A DNA stretch of 64,000 bases from the human T2T-CHM13v2.0 reference genome, Homo sapiens: assembly GCF_009914755.1 (NCBI RefSeq), contig NC_060926.1; one strand, written 5' to 3'. Positions within the stretch are counted from its first letter, which is position 1; every line of letters starts with the position of its first letter. A program made the translations under genes and the position numbers. Below are positions 30,259 to 43,799 of this stretch, piece after piece. The notes beneath the pieces are model-generated. The model worked only from the letters and a program-made list of their open reading frames with translations, ran no database searches and was not told the DNA's origin.

Positions 30259-32151
30259 AGAAACCACGTATTTTAAAAGTTGCACAAAACAATCATTCTT
30301 ACTATTGCCCTCTTTCAGAAATTAACTTTAACATATTTTTTTATAAATAAGTTAGAAGAGCTCAGTCAATTCTCAATAAGATAACTTTCCATTATGGTTT
30401 GGAAGAGTGTGAAAAAAATAAATTAATAAATATTGGCCAAGAATAGCCATCTATTCCCTTTTGACAATATCTCTAATCAAATTCAAAGGTTGGACTTTTG
30501 CAGGAGTGCTAATGAGCAGATATAAGGGAAAGGGAATGGAAAACTGAAATACATTTTTGAAGAACCTTCTTTGCAAAAGGCACTGGAATAGGCAGCTTAT
30601 TGACATCACAGGAAATCCATACAGCTTTCCAGGTCTGCTCATATTTTTGGAGGTTTGGGGACACAGAATCTCTTCTCTGACCTCCCACAATTCACTCAAA
30701 GAACCAGATGAGTCTTAAAATACCAGCCTTATAATTGACCCTTCCTGTTCCGAACCTTGACCTTGGGACTCTCCCGCCCCATCCACACCACTCTCCACTC
30801 CCCACTCTGATGCTGAGCCTCCACTTCCCCTGTTTCTGGAAGCAGCAGACTTTCCCGTGGGAACCTCCATACTCTGCATCACTGTCCAAATTGGTTCTGT
30901 AGAATAAGTGCCCTCCTGTAACCCTCTGTATCTAGGGATGGGCACATTTCCCAATGTAACCTGTTGCTCTATCTCATTCCCTTGGTCATGTGAATGGTTG
31001 AGAATTAGGCATGGGACTCAAGTAGGTCCACCAAGAGTCCATCCTGGGGATTAAGAATAAAACCTGCTTTTCCACTCATGTCTGCTGTGCTTTCCCTGAG
31101 AATGGAGATGCAAGACAGAAGCAAACATGACATGCTTCTTAATTGGAAAGCAACTGCCAGAGGTCTCACTAAAACAACCTGTGTGACTCACATTTTATGT
31201 TAGACACATGTTCCATATTTCAACAATGAATTTACTGAGAAACTGAGTAATGTGTGAAGTAAATAGCATTACAAAATTATCATAAATATTAAACTTTCAG
31301 TAAAAGGAGACAGTAAATATGCTCGTGGGTTGGTGACCTATATCTACACTTACCACCAATGTGTTGGTACTGGGTATTGATTATTCTTCCCAACTGGGAA
31401 TCACAGTCATTTTCTCTTTGGTTTGAATGAAATGAAAATTGCTGAAAGTAGCTTTCCCCACATTACTTGTGGCTACATACTGCATACCAAGTCAACAAAA
31501 AAAGTGATGAAGAGGATTATTTTTTCCCCAACAGAAGGCTGCATTAAGTACCTCAATTTTGTGGGCTTAGAACCTATGATAAATGGAAGGACAGTAGGCA
31601 ATTGGGGTTTGGCAGTTTGTTTCCAAGTACTTATTATATTTTGTGTTTAATAAAACTTTCATGGTATTTTACCCCAGCTCCTCTTTCTTTGGTCATTTAA
31701 ACATATAGATGACAAATAAAATGTAATTTAGTGTTTTCTTGAATGTTTTAATCAAAAAGAGATATTTATAAGAGACATTAATAATTACTGAATAATCACA
31801 GCATATTCTGTTTTGAACTGGGAGTGAATTTTTGCAAAAGATAAGCCAAAATGGAAGGTCAAAGATATGGTCAAAATCACAGCTAAGTTTCTGTTTTAAA
31901 ATAGGGCTGGTCCTTGGGAAAGGGAAAATGAGAAACTTCTATAGTACTGGAAAAGTTGCATACCCTGGTCTGAGTAGTGCCTTACACAGCTTTATTTATG
32001 TAAATATTCATCAAGATTTAGGTGCATTCATTGTACTTCCAACATTTCAGCTAAAAAGTTTAAAATGAGGCCATTCTAGCTATCTCTAGACAGAAATTTC
32101 AACACAAAGGCTTCAAAAAAAAGTAAAAATTCATAAAACATTGAAAAAAAC

Positions 32152-32650
32152 TTTTTATTATACTTTAAGTTATAGGGTACATGTGCGCAATGTGCAGGTT
32201 TGTTACATATGTGTACATGTGCCATGTTGGTGTGCTGCACTCATTAACTCGTCATTTAGCATTAGGTATATCTCCTAATGCTATCCTTCCCCCCTCCCCC
32301 CACCCCACAACAATCCCCGGAGTGTGATGTTCCCCTTCCTGTGTCCATGTGTTCTCATTGTTCAATTCCCAACTATGAGTGAGAACAAGCGGTGTTTGGT
32401 TTTTTGTCCTTGCGATAGTTTGCTGAGAATTATGGTTCCCAGCTTCATCCATGACCCTACAAAGACATGAACTCATCCTTTTTTATGGCTGCATAGTATT
32501 CCATGGTGTATATGTGCCACATTTTCTAAATCCAGTCTATCACTGATGGACATTTGGGTTGGTTCCAAGTCTTTGCTATTGCGAATAGTGCTGCAATAAA
32601 CATACGTGTGCATGTGTCTTTATAGCACCATGATTTATAATCCTTTGGGT
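32152..32650 (-). mobile_element. L1PA (about PA3-5) 3' end, 5'-truncated
   Basis: ttattatactttaagt...catttagcattaggtatatctcctaatgctatcc. Confidence 0.92.
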
Positions 32651-32777
32651 TTAAAATAAATTTTTTATCTAGAATCTAGGAATAGAGAGAATTGGGAAAC
32701 ATGATCCATTGCCTACAAGCACTTTACCCTTTGAATGCAATCACAGCCTGCAAGGAAGCTGATGGGAAGAAAGTTTA

Positions 32778-32778
<1 letters not shown>

Positions 32779-32813
<35 letters not shown>
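32779..32813. repeat. (AC)n microsatellite
   Basis: Direct reading. Confidence 0.97.
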
Positions 32814-32818
<5 letters not shown>

Positions 32819-33499
32819 CCCTACAACCCACTCCTCTCCGCCCCAGTTTATCCTTACCTTAGTGATTAGATTTGTACCACTAGAAACCTGAGTGTGGTCA
32901 ACCCTTGATTTTGCTGACCACTCCCTTCAAAGAAAGAAGAACTTTCTATGAGACTGAAAGTCATGACCAGCTCCAGTCCCTAACCTATTTCCAGCCTGAA
33001 GAAGGACCACAAACACAAACCCACAATCTTCATCTAAATGCTTGTGTGTTGGTAAGTTGTGTGTTGACAAATGCTAATGTGTTGATGTGTTGATGACCAC
33101 CATCATCTACAATTCTCACACTTTCAATCTTGAAGACATGCCATTTTTGGTTGAAGATACAGTGGTTTAGGCTGAAAGACAGGAGGAAAGGAGAGAAAAA
33201 AAATAGGAATTTTGAAGTGTCCCCTTTATTCTTGATTATCCCTATGTGTTCCATATAGTCTTGGGGGCAGTGGGATGATGGGAACAGCTCCAACTTGGAT
33301 CCTGCAAGTGGTTTATTCTGGTGCAACTACTCATTAGTGACAAGATGTCAGAACAGTTGTTTTAATTTCTCTGAGCTTAAAAGTTCCTTCATCAAGAGAA
33401 GGAGGAGTTGTGTAGCATTATGTGTGAAAGCACTTTACAAACTACAAAGCGATGTAAAAATATAAGTTCTCAACACAGCTGTCAAGACCCTTTGCAAAC

Positions 33500-34010
33500 A
33501 CTGTTGGATCATGTCATATCTGTGTTCAAACCCTGATGTTTTCCCATCTCCCTCAGAGTAAAGGCCAAAGTCTCACTTCAACTCCAAATCTTCTCCCCGC
33601 AAATCTCCTCCCCTCACTCTCACCCTTCAAGCAACCCCTTGGCTCACACAGGTATGTTTCTACCTTGAGGCCTTTGTATTTGCTGATCTTTCTGTCTAGA
33701 ATGTTCTCTTCCCAGGAGTCACATGGCTCATTCCTCACTCCCTTCAGCTTTTCATTCAAAATGTTGGTTCTCGGTGAGAATTTTCTTGTCTACCCATACA
33801 AGAGTCTCACCTCACTTTCTCTCAAGACTTCATACTCTTCTCCTCTACTTTATTTTTCCTTCTTAGAATTTACCATTATTTATCTCATTCATTATCTTCC
33901 CCTAGGTTTCTTGAGAGATGTACACATACTGATGCCAAAACACTGCTAGAACATTCTAAAACAGTGCCTGGCATATGTTATGCATTAAATATGTATTTGT
34001 TGAGTGAATG
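33500..34010 (+). mobile_element. L2 3' region
   Basis: gatcatgtca...cagagtaaaggccaaagtc...aacagtgcctggcatat...tatttgttgagtgaatg. Confidence 0.75.
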
Positions 34011-34094
34011 GGCTTATTATCATCCATATCCTCCCCTCCTTCTCTTAACCATCTCCTTCATTTATTGTCATTTTCCTTAAGAATCTTAAATCTT

Positions 34095-34393
34095 GGCCAG
34101 GTGCAGTGGCTCATGCCTGTAATCTCAACACTTTGGGAGGCCAAGACAGGCCGATAACTTGAGGTCAGGAGTTCAAGAGCAGCCTGGCCAATATAGTGAA
34201 ACCCCATATCTACTAAAAAAATAATTAAAAATTAGCCAGGTGTGGTGGCGCATGCCTGTAATCCCAGCTACTCAGGAGGCTGAGGCAGGAGAATTGCTTG
34301 AACCCAGGAGGCGAGGTTGCAGTGAGCCGAGATCATGCCACTGCACTCCAGCCTGGGTAACAGAGTGAGACTCCATCTCAAAAAAAAAAAAAA
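34095..34393 (+). mobile_element. AluS (Sx-like)
   Basis: Full dimer; TSD aatcttaaatctt (34082-34094 / 34394-34406). Confidence 0.95.
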
Positions 34394-37277
34394 AATCTTA
34401 AATCTTACTCATGATTCAAAGTTCATGTGCTCACCTCCTTTGTAAGGCCTTCTTCATTTTCCTCCCTTCTTCCTCTTCTTCCTCCATAATATAATTAATT
34501 CATCTCTTTTCATTTTCCCTGTAGTGCATGGTTTATAATAATTGTCTAGCATTTATATGTTATCACATTGTACTACAGTTTGTGTGATCCTTTGCACACA
34601 CACATCCATATATTGTGATCAGGGTTGACTGTCCAAAATTATCACTTCAACTATTACAGTCTCTAATATATAGAAATCTCTCAATAGATGATTATTAAAT
34701 ATATACATATACGTCTTATACATTTTAAATGTTATTTCCATTAACAATGAAAAATGTGGTTTTCAGCCAAATGTCTACTCACATTTCTGTTTTAGAGAAG
34801 ATGATAGCAGCCTATGCACTCGCTGTCCTCTCAAAAACTCTAGCTTGGAAAAGCAAGGTTAAAAATTACCACTGTTTTCCATGATGACTCTGTTATGCTC
34901 TCTAAGCACTCTCCATTTTGCTTTTATTGTTATCCATTCCTTTTTAGCAGCCCCGTTGCAATCAGATACAGAAAATTTGGGGTTTTAATAACTTGCATAG
35001 CATGTGGAAATATGAAAAGCCACAGAAATATGTACTTTGAAAAAACAAAAAGTTTAAGATCTTTATTCAACAAGAAAATAAAGATACTCTTCAAAATAGA
35101 CATCTTTATTTGAACTCTTCAGAGAATTCAAGGCTCTCAAATATTGCCCTCATTTTCAATGACATTAATTCTCAAATTGTAGCCTCCTCTCTACCCATAT
35201 ACATAATAACTACTATGAACAAGGGAAACCAATGACTCTTTTTATAGCATCTTCACACAAAATCTTCAAACCATTTGTTCAGATGACTGATCTCAGCAAA
35301 GTGGGTGAAGGGCATTAACAGACATTTGGAAATCCCTGTAAATCCATCATCCTGAAAGACAGCACAGTGTTCATGGTGACTCCAGAGGGAGTGAAATGAA
35401 ATATGCCATCGACTCTCCAGAGGTTAATCGATCATATTTCTGGTGCTACTTGGTTTGACATAACCAAATTTGCACTGAAAATCAAGTCATCTATCTTTGT
35501 TCTGGTCAACTTAAAAAATTTAATCCTATTTGACCTTTGCTGAGGTGCAGTCAAAGAAAAACAGATTCTTTTCTGAGCTAGGCAACCTCCTCTTATCTAT
35601 ATTACAGTCACCTGAGCGGGTCCATCTTTGCTCTAATTCAAGAGCACTGAGCAGCCCGTGACAAATCTCATCACTGGCTTTTTGGACCCCAGCAGCAGGG
35701 AGACTGGGAGATTTTTGTTTTACTTCGAGATGGTAAAGGAAATTTATTTTAAGAAAAATTAAAGCAAGAGAAAGCAACAGAGGAAGAGTAACATGATGCT
35801 TTCATTTACCATATGACTGAGGCAGAAATAAATCCAGAGAAATCATTAGGTTCCCACAATCAACTAATTTTCTCATGGAAACGATCACCACTGCCCAACT
35901 CACTGTGGCCTCCAGAAAGCAGACTTGGCCCCTCTGCTTCAAATTGTTTTTATTAACTTAATTTAGAACTTAATGGAAGGATGCTACTTTTTATATATAG
36001 AGGCTTCCCAGAAACACAAGAGTATCTGAAGTTGTATTTCAATGACTTTATAAAGGGATTTTTCTCTCTCCTCTGTCTCTTTCTTTCTCTCTCTGGAACA
36101 CTCTCTTGTTCTCAACCTCTCTCTCTCACCAAATATTGCTTTGCATACCCTTTGTTCAATGTCTGAAACCGCTAACATTCATCATTGATGCCGAGAGTCC
36201 CTTGTTACAAGAGAACTTCTTCCCAGGAAAGAAAAACAGCCCTCGACTGTGAAGATAATGGGTGCATTTGATATGTTTAAAGTGGGGCTAAATTTCTGCA
36301 GGAACTATTCAAGGAGAAGGCAAGTCAAACTGACAACAAAGAACACGTGTATCCATTCATGATGGTGACTGGAATGTGAACCAAGCAGAGAGAATGAGTA
36401 TCTGGAACCAAAAAGATTCGCCTATGAAAAAGGCCATTTGAATGTGATACTGTAATGTCCATCTCACACACAGTCTTTGGGGACCTCAGGCTCTTCACAC
36501 ATGTGATGTATGAGTGGACAGTGACAAAAAAAAAAGTTGTTCTGTTTAATATTTGATTCTCACACTTGGTTCTTCGTGTGTGTGCACGTGCATGTGTGTG
36601 TAGAGGCTAAATCAAGCTCTTGGTCCTTGTAGCAGAGATAGGAGAATGTAGGTAGGCGGTCTTAGGAGTTTCTTTCTTTGCTAATTTTACTTTTCAGGGT
36701 TTTTTAAATATAAAAATAAGAAAATATATTTATTTGCATCACTCCTAATAGGTATTGTCCTCAGTTTTCACTGAGACACAATTCAAAATGTCAGCCAATG
36801 CTTAAAAAAAAAAAAAGAAAAAGAAAGAAAAAGCTTTGAGAAGAGAAGCACTTCAGTCAAACCCCCTCTCCTCTAATATGTGGAAGCTCAGCTAGACGGT
36901 GGCATCCCTCACCTCATCCTGCATCATAGGGTAATCACTGTGATCATCTGCAGAAGAAAGCAACATAAATGCACGTGATTTAAAACCCAAGTAAACATCC
37001 ACTTTAGATGTTTATGTTATATGTGTTCTACAATCCATAGGAGAGCATTTTTACCTGATAACTAAATGTTAGCAAATTCTGCACTAGAACTCTAGGAGTC
37101 TCTGAAACATCCTTATCTTGAACCTCTCAATAATATAATCACATGAGACATAGATATATAAAATAATAGCATAATATATGTTATATGAATAACACAATAT
37201 AAACTTCTATTAAATTTTTATACTAAGTAAGAGTCATCTAAAACAGAAACAAACACTGATCAAGCACTAATACAAAT

Positions 37278-37995
37278 AATGTTAATATTTGCTTACATTC
37301 TTTGTGCACTTACCATGCACGTGCTAAGACTATTTTAAGTACTTTATATATTTAACTCATTCACCTTAATGACCACCCTGAGAATTAGCTACTGTAATTT
37401 TCTCCATTATCTAGATGAGGAAATAAAGGCACAGAGAGTTGACATAAATTTTTCAAGGTACTATACCAAGAGAACTATAAACTTCACAACTATAACAGCA
37501 AGCATTTATTGACTGTGTACTATGGGGCAACCATTGTGCTAAGCAGTTAACATGCATTATCTTTCTTAAACTTCAAAAAAAAGTCTAATGAGATAGGTAC
37601 TACTTTTAACCCTAGTTTATAGAAATATAAAGAGCAAGTAGAGTAAATGACCCCCAAATACTAAGTTGTATCACAAATCTCAAACTCAAAGAGGCCTACC
37701 ACGAAGACAAAATTTTGTCCTGACCCTTTCTATGGAATATTCCATTATTTGAAAAGGAAGAAAGACAGAAATGCCCATCTGCTGTGACCCTTCCTCCATG
37801 GCAGGGATTGGCTATTCTCCTTTACATACACTATCTTGCTTAATGCTCCCAATGACCTGTTATGCAAGAATTAATACCCCATTTCACATATGATGAAATA
37901 GTTTGAGTAATGTTGTTCAAGATCCCACGGCTGCCGTGGGGTGGAAACAGTATTCAAACCCAACTTCTTCCAATACCAAAGTCCTAATGTGACCA
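37278..37995 (-). mobile_element. Cluster of about three antisense MIR fragments
   Basis: Repeated motifs such as ccattatctagatgaggaaataaaggcacagagagtt, gcatttattgactg, ccccatttcacatatgatgaaa. Confidence 0.6.
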
Positions 37996-38308
37996 CTTCA
38001 TTGTTTTCTCTCCAGGCTTTTGATGTAAAAGAATGCTGAGGATCCTGCAGCACTTCCTGTGAGCATAGTTTCCCTCTGTGTGCCTCAGGGTGGGGGGATA
38101 GGAATGGAAGAGGATGGAGGAGGTGGAAGAGGGTTTTCCACACTTTATCCTCATCTCTCCCTTGCCGTTTTAGTGGCGATTGCGTGAACTACAGCTAAAC
38201 ATGTGATGACAATACCTAAAGTAAATGATGCATTGTGATGAACTCTAGCAAACCAAAATAAATGAAGTTTCATATATGTTAAATATGTGACAACTAGGAC
38301 AATGTTTC

Positions 38309-38880
38309 TGTGGCAGACCTTCTCACATGGCTCCCCAGAGTCCCTGCTTCCTGGTATTCACAGCCTCATGTGGTTGCCTCTCCTTGAATATGGGCTGAAC
38401 CTAGGGACTTGCTTCTAATGAATGTGAATATGAAATATGGCAAAAGTGATGAGATGTCACTTCTGAGATTAGATAAGAAAGGAGTGTTCTTTGTGCCTTG
38501 CTAGCATTCTCTCTCCCTTGCCATCTGTTCGCTGGCTTTGATAAAGCAAGATGTCATGTTAAACAGCCCCATGTGACAAGGAGCTGAGGGGGCCTCCAAT
38601 CAACAGCCAGTGAGGAATGAAGGCTCTCAGGCCAGCAGCCCACAGCGTCCTGAATTCTGCCAGTAACCATGTGAGTGAGCTTAAAAGCAGAGTTTCCCAG
38701 TCGAGCCGTTAGATGAGAACACAGTCCTGGCCAATGCCTTGATTGTGAGATGCCGGGAGACAGAGAACCCAGATAGGATATTCCCAGATTTCAACCCACA
38801 GAAACTATGAGATAATAAATGTGTTTTATTTTAAGCTGTTAAGTTGTAAGAAAATTAGTTATGAAGTGATAGAACTTACT
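38309..38880 (+). mobile_element. MLT1F/G-like MaLR LTR
   Basis: cttcctggtattcac...ggcaaaagtgatgagatgtcacttctgagattag...aaactatgagataataaatgtg. Confidence 0.8.
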
Positions 38881-40206
38881 TATGAAGTAACAGAGGATAT
38901 ATAACCTCCTTCTTCCATAAAAAGCTCTTCCAGAAAAGTATTTGCTGTCACTTTAAGTTTAGCAGGATGCATTTACATCTACAGAGAATGAAGAACACTG
39001 ATTTCAGAAATCTCAAAGAGCAGAGAAAGCCACCTTGTTTTGCTCACCTCATTATTGCTGGAGAAGTCTGTAAGTGGTGGTTATAGTGAACGGAACCCTG
39101 AACTTGGAGTCAAAATACCTGATTCTGCCATGAGCTCGATGTCAGTTAATCTCTCTGGGACTTGCATTGCTATTTGATAAAATGGGGTGAAGGTGCTTGC
39201 TGGAAATTACATCTGAAATTTTTTCCAGCATGATGTACACAGAGAGTATCCTCAGCAGCACTGGGATCTACTAAACCTGTTACTGTTCACTGATATACAA
39301 CTCCATTAGCTGTTTCACAAGAAACATCTCAGTTAGGAACTGTCGCTGCCTAATTAGTATAAAAGATTGGCCTTTCCCCCTTAAAATGGATTACAACCCA
39401 AAATAGGGATCAAATGAGCCATAGCATTGAGTTACCACCTTGCTAGGGCCCTACCTCAGGCCAACCTGATTCTAACAATGACCCAGTGGGAGGCTGGAAG
39501 TCAGAATGGATCTCCTCCCCACCCCAGCCTCCATGCCTACAGACCATGCCTTCATCGGAGAGTTCATTTAACCCTCTGAGACACAATAGTATGTACAAAA
39601 GATGTCCTCAGTTATAAGTTATATGCTATGCTACAAATCACATTTCCAGACCACATCAAGGCTGATGGAAAAAGAACTATCTCACTAGAAAACCACGTAT
39701 GGCTAAGAAGTAAAATATCTAAAAAGCCATATGTTTTTTAACAGTCTTACATCAGCAGACACAAACAAGAGTCTTGTGGTGAATCACAGGCACTTTAATG
39801 ATTTTGAGAAGTCTAACTCTGCAGTTCTGAGTGACAGAAAACACTATCTGAGACAGTAGCCTTAAATGACAATATTCTTTTTAAGGTGGAAAATAATTTG
39901 GCAAAGATTTAGGGAGATCTATAAACTATTTGTAATCTATCTGGGAAAGATCTAATAAAAAGCTAAAATTAGTTCCTTATGATTTTCACAGGCTCACAAC
40001 TGGAGAGTCATCCAATAATTCACCAGGAGGGAGTGGTAATTTGCTTTTGCTTCTATGCATGAACATATATGCCTTTTCAATGAAGAGACAGCTCGGCATG
40101 TGACTTTGAGGCTCACTATCTGTTAACCATGTCATTTGTGTTATTTTGGCAGGAGATGTTTCGACTGTCTTATTAATCTAAATAGTTCTACAGTGGAAAT
40201 AAAGAC

Positions 40207-40207
<1 letters not shown>

Positions 40208-40238
<31 letters not shown>

Positions 40239-40253
40239 GCACACATACACACA
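40208..40253. repeat. (CA)n microsatellite
   Basis: Direct reading. Confidence 0.95.
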
Positions 40254-41004
40254 AACAATGTCTGCATTGTTTCTTAAGTGAACCATATCCTTTCATCTTT
40301 CAACTCTTTAGCAATTGTACAATGAATCTAATCAATATAGACAGGCAACACAAATAAGTCAGACATAACTGATTTTTTATGAATTAATAAGTATGTAATG
40401 AGACTTTACTGCTTGTTAGCATGAGTTCTGCAGATAATTGACTTCATTCTCCATTTCCCTTTTGTGTCTAGAAGCAGCTCAAAACAGCAGCCAAAGGAAA
40501 AAGGTATGGCAAGTATGGTTTGGTTGGCAACCATTTATTTTGGAGACCATTAAAGAAATAATTTGGGCTGTGGTATTTTCCACACTACTGTTCCGCAGCT
40601 CTGGCATGCATGTCCCCTCTAGTATATAAGTCTCTGATATTTAAAACCTTGGAATCAGTTGTTCCTGGTTCTGGAATCTTTGAGCGTTCATTTGTCAGTC
40701 TTTTCTTCCTTGAGGCATGAATGTTTCTTACATGTAATCACTCTTTCAGACACAAGCAAGTGGTTGCAGTATTAGGACAAATTCATGGGATCAAAACTGC
40801 CTGGAAATATGCTGAAGAGTCTGATCTTGTTCCAGAAATTAATGCTTTTTTGAAATTCAATACCACATATTTTACCAGTATATATTTAATGTACGGCAGT
40901 GGAAAGGATTTGAAATAGCAAATTTTAATGCTAATCCATAAGGCGCTATTTCCAGACACTTGCTTACGGGATCTTTTTTAAACTATCTTAAATTCCCATG
41001 ACCA

Positions 41005-41235
41005 TAAACACTACCAACAACAGTAGTAACATCCCTGAGAGCACCTTTGAATCTGCAAAACACTTCTGTATGGGTATAAAAGCCCTGTGAGACAGACAGG
41101 ACAAGACTGATTTTTTCCAATCTGCAGATAAGGGAAGAGAGCCCAGAAAGGGTAAAATAACTGGTTTACAGGTAGCAAGAAGCAGAAATGGAATTAGAAT
41201 CCAGGCCCCTAGAGTAAGCCAATTCAGCATGCTTT
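41005..41235 (-). mobile_element. MIR fragment
   Basis: ctgcagataagggaagagagcccagaaagggtaaaataactgg...gaattagaatccagg. Confidence 0.55.
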
Positions 41236-41382
41236 AGGACATAAGAAGACCAGATTTAATCAAAAATATAAAAGTAAAATAGCAACAATAATCATGTTGA
41301 CATATTTATCATAACCTGGCAAGACTAAAATAGAACATGGGTAACATTTGGAAGTAGCAATTGGGAGGAGGTAAGGTTCATT

Positions 41383-42061
41383 TGGAAATATGAGTAGAGA
41401 TTTTCTATCTAAAAAAAGAACTGAGACTCATCTATGGACCTGTTGGTCCTCTCAATTTCCATTAGTTGCAAGGGCGCCAGCTACCTGAGGTTACCAATAA
41501 GCATCTCTCAGCAAGACAGATGAGGCCAATGTCTTCATTAAAGAATGTCTTTAGCTTTTGTGATCCCAGTCCCTGAAGTCTGTGCAGCTCTTTAAGACTG
41601 ACCAAACCTTGCTTACTGCACTATTGTATTCTGTTTCTCCCACAACCCTACAAATAGGCCAGAGCAGGTATCATCCCCCACCGTTTACTTGAGAGGATTC
41701 TCACAAAAACACCTCATCGCTCATCTGTGCGTGCAAGAGTTAGTACATCCTGGGTGGTGGGATTCGAATTTGAGATTGACAATGTCCTGTTTGAAACTGA
41801 TCTCTCTGTACCAAGCTCCATTTTATTAATCACTATTTCAGAGTCAGAGTCCAGTCAACAGACAGCAGAAAGAGTATAGTATAAAATGTTTTAGGTAGGT
41901 AAACAATGAAAACATTGGCTTCATCCGTCTCAGTGAGAGAGGCTTATTGGTAATCTCAGGCAGCTAGTACCTTTGCAGCAAATGGAGATTGACAGGACCA
42001 ACAGGTCCATAGATGAGTTTTAGTTCATTTTTCAGACAGAAAATCTCTACTTATATTTCCA
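41383..42061. repeat. 157-bp inverted repeat (41383-41539 / 41905-42061), 365-bp spacer
   Basis: Hand alignment: ungapped, 134/157 identical. Confidence 0.95.
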
Positions 42062-42607
42062 TATCATCTCCTTGATACACCTCATCTACCTAGATAACTG
42101 AAAAGCCAGAGAGAGAACACTGAAGTATCAGAGAGGTAGCAGCTGCAGGAAACAGCTACCATCCCAAGGGCTGGGAGAAATAAAGATTAGAATTTAAATT
42201 TCTAGAATCTTGGAGAGGAGCCCTGCAGAAGAAACAGAGACCCCTGAGAAAAAGGCATGGCTCATCAGGTGCTTTTATCCCTGAGGGGTAGATGAGGAGA
42301 GCTCTGCAATTGTTGCAAATGCTGCAGGCAGGACTCTCATGCTGCTCCAGGAAGGCACTCTCACTTAGGAACTGAAGAAGCATAACCAGGGTCATTTTCA
42401 CAGGAACTAGAAGCATCCAGGAAGGAGCAGTCTCTCTTTATCTCCTCTAGCCTCAAGCCCCCATCTAGTGTCCCCTTATCAGCAGAGCATAACCAGGAGC
42501 CATCTAGCTGAACAGAAATATGGTTTGCACAGTCCTAGCCCAGCAACATTCAGTTGAGTGTAAAGGGGTAGGTCTGGAGCTAAGAGATAATATCAAGAAG
42601 CGGGCAC
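41838..42607 (-). mobile_element. LTR41-like ERVL LTR, interrupted at ~41905-42088
   Basis: agtcagagtccagtca...; gaggtagcagctgcaggaaacagctacc; cagaaatatggtttgcacagtcctagccc...ggagctaagagataa match the recalled LTR41 consensus. Confidence 0.65.
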
Positions 42608-43560
42608 CATCCACACCTTTGGGTACTCAGCATCCATGCATATCCTTCTATTATTTTAACTTCTGTACAGTGATAAAAGCAACTTTGTGTTTCAGCCTAA
42701 CAAGATGCAACTATTCTTACTAAAAATGAAGACATTCTCATACTCTTCCTTAAATGAGAAGACACAAGTCCAGAGAGTCTTTGTATCCATCTGGGCACTA
42801 TGTCAATTACTCCTCGAATTCAGCCAAGGTCCTTTCTGAATTGACTTTTAACCAAATACTAATTTGTAAAGTTATCCTCCAACAAAACTTGTATAAAACA
42901 GTGAAAGAAAGAAGAGAGAAGAAGATAACAGATAATACAAACAAAACAAGCAAAGAAACAACATGCGTATTTCCTGTGACCCTAAGTGGACATGAGGCCG
43001 TAATGGAATTTGTAACTTCCTTCTTTCATTATTCTTTCCAAGTTTCCTTTGCCCCTAACTGGGGCCTCGGCCAGCTGGGAGTATTTCCATGGTGGGTATC
43101 TGAACCTTCTCGAAGGGTCTAAATACTCTGTGATCCAGCCTTTTATAGTTACTCTAGTTCTTCATTAACTTTTCATACTGGCTACGAAAGTACTAAGAGG
43201 AACCCCCAGAGAACCTCCTAGGTTCCAGACATATTATTTGTCCCCACTGTGGGTAACAATCCAACTTTCTCAGCATCAATCACACTGGCTACTAGAGTAA
43301 CCCCTTCTAGATTTGCTGGTTCAATGGTGTGAGTAGCCCAGACTGGACAGATGGCAGTCTCTCATCTTCCAGTTTCAATGGAACACCTGTTGTGGGCCAT
43401 AGAGGAAGCATTTATCCAAAATCAAGTGGAAAGCAAAAAAATGATGATTCAGTTATTAGTGAGATAAACCACTAAATACATACCCAAGACCCATGTCTTC
43501 TCGCCATGGGAGAGACAGTTCCGATGAGTTTCTGATCCCAAGCACATAGAGATTCTTCCA
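42608..43560 (-). mobile_element. ERVL internal remnant attached to the LTR
   Basis: PPT-like ccaaaggtgtggatgg (reverse strand) abuts the LTR; degraded internal-type sequence; end approximate. Confidence 0.5.
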
Positions 43561-43799
43561 CTCAGGATGTTGTTTCCTAACTGACAAGGTAAGTCTAATT
43601 TTAGAGCATGATAATATAATTGCACCCATTTCAATGGCACCATGGAACAAAATGCTTATATGAAGGACATCGCTTCCTATATTTCGTTAAGCTGAGCCCA
43701 GAAAAAAATCCTCTCCTAAGTTTACACTGTCAAAGTAAAGATAGTTCCACTAGAGACAAAAGAACACAGAAGATCACTTTGTACTTTAAAAGAAGCAGT

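Noticed and set aside
37924-37940. Hairpin cccacggc-t-gccgtggg
   Set aside because: Only 8-bp arms within a MIR; expected occasionally by chance.
43551-43594. Possible 23-nt microexon (cag|...aag|gtaagt)
   Set aside because: Isolated splice-like motifs at the edge of ERVL-derived sequence, with no supporting gene structure.
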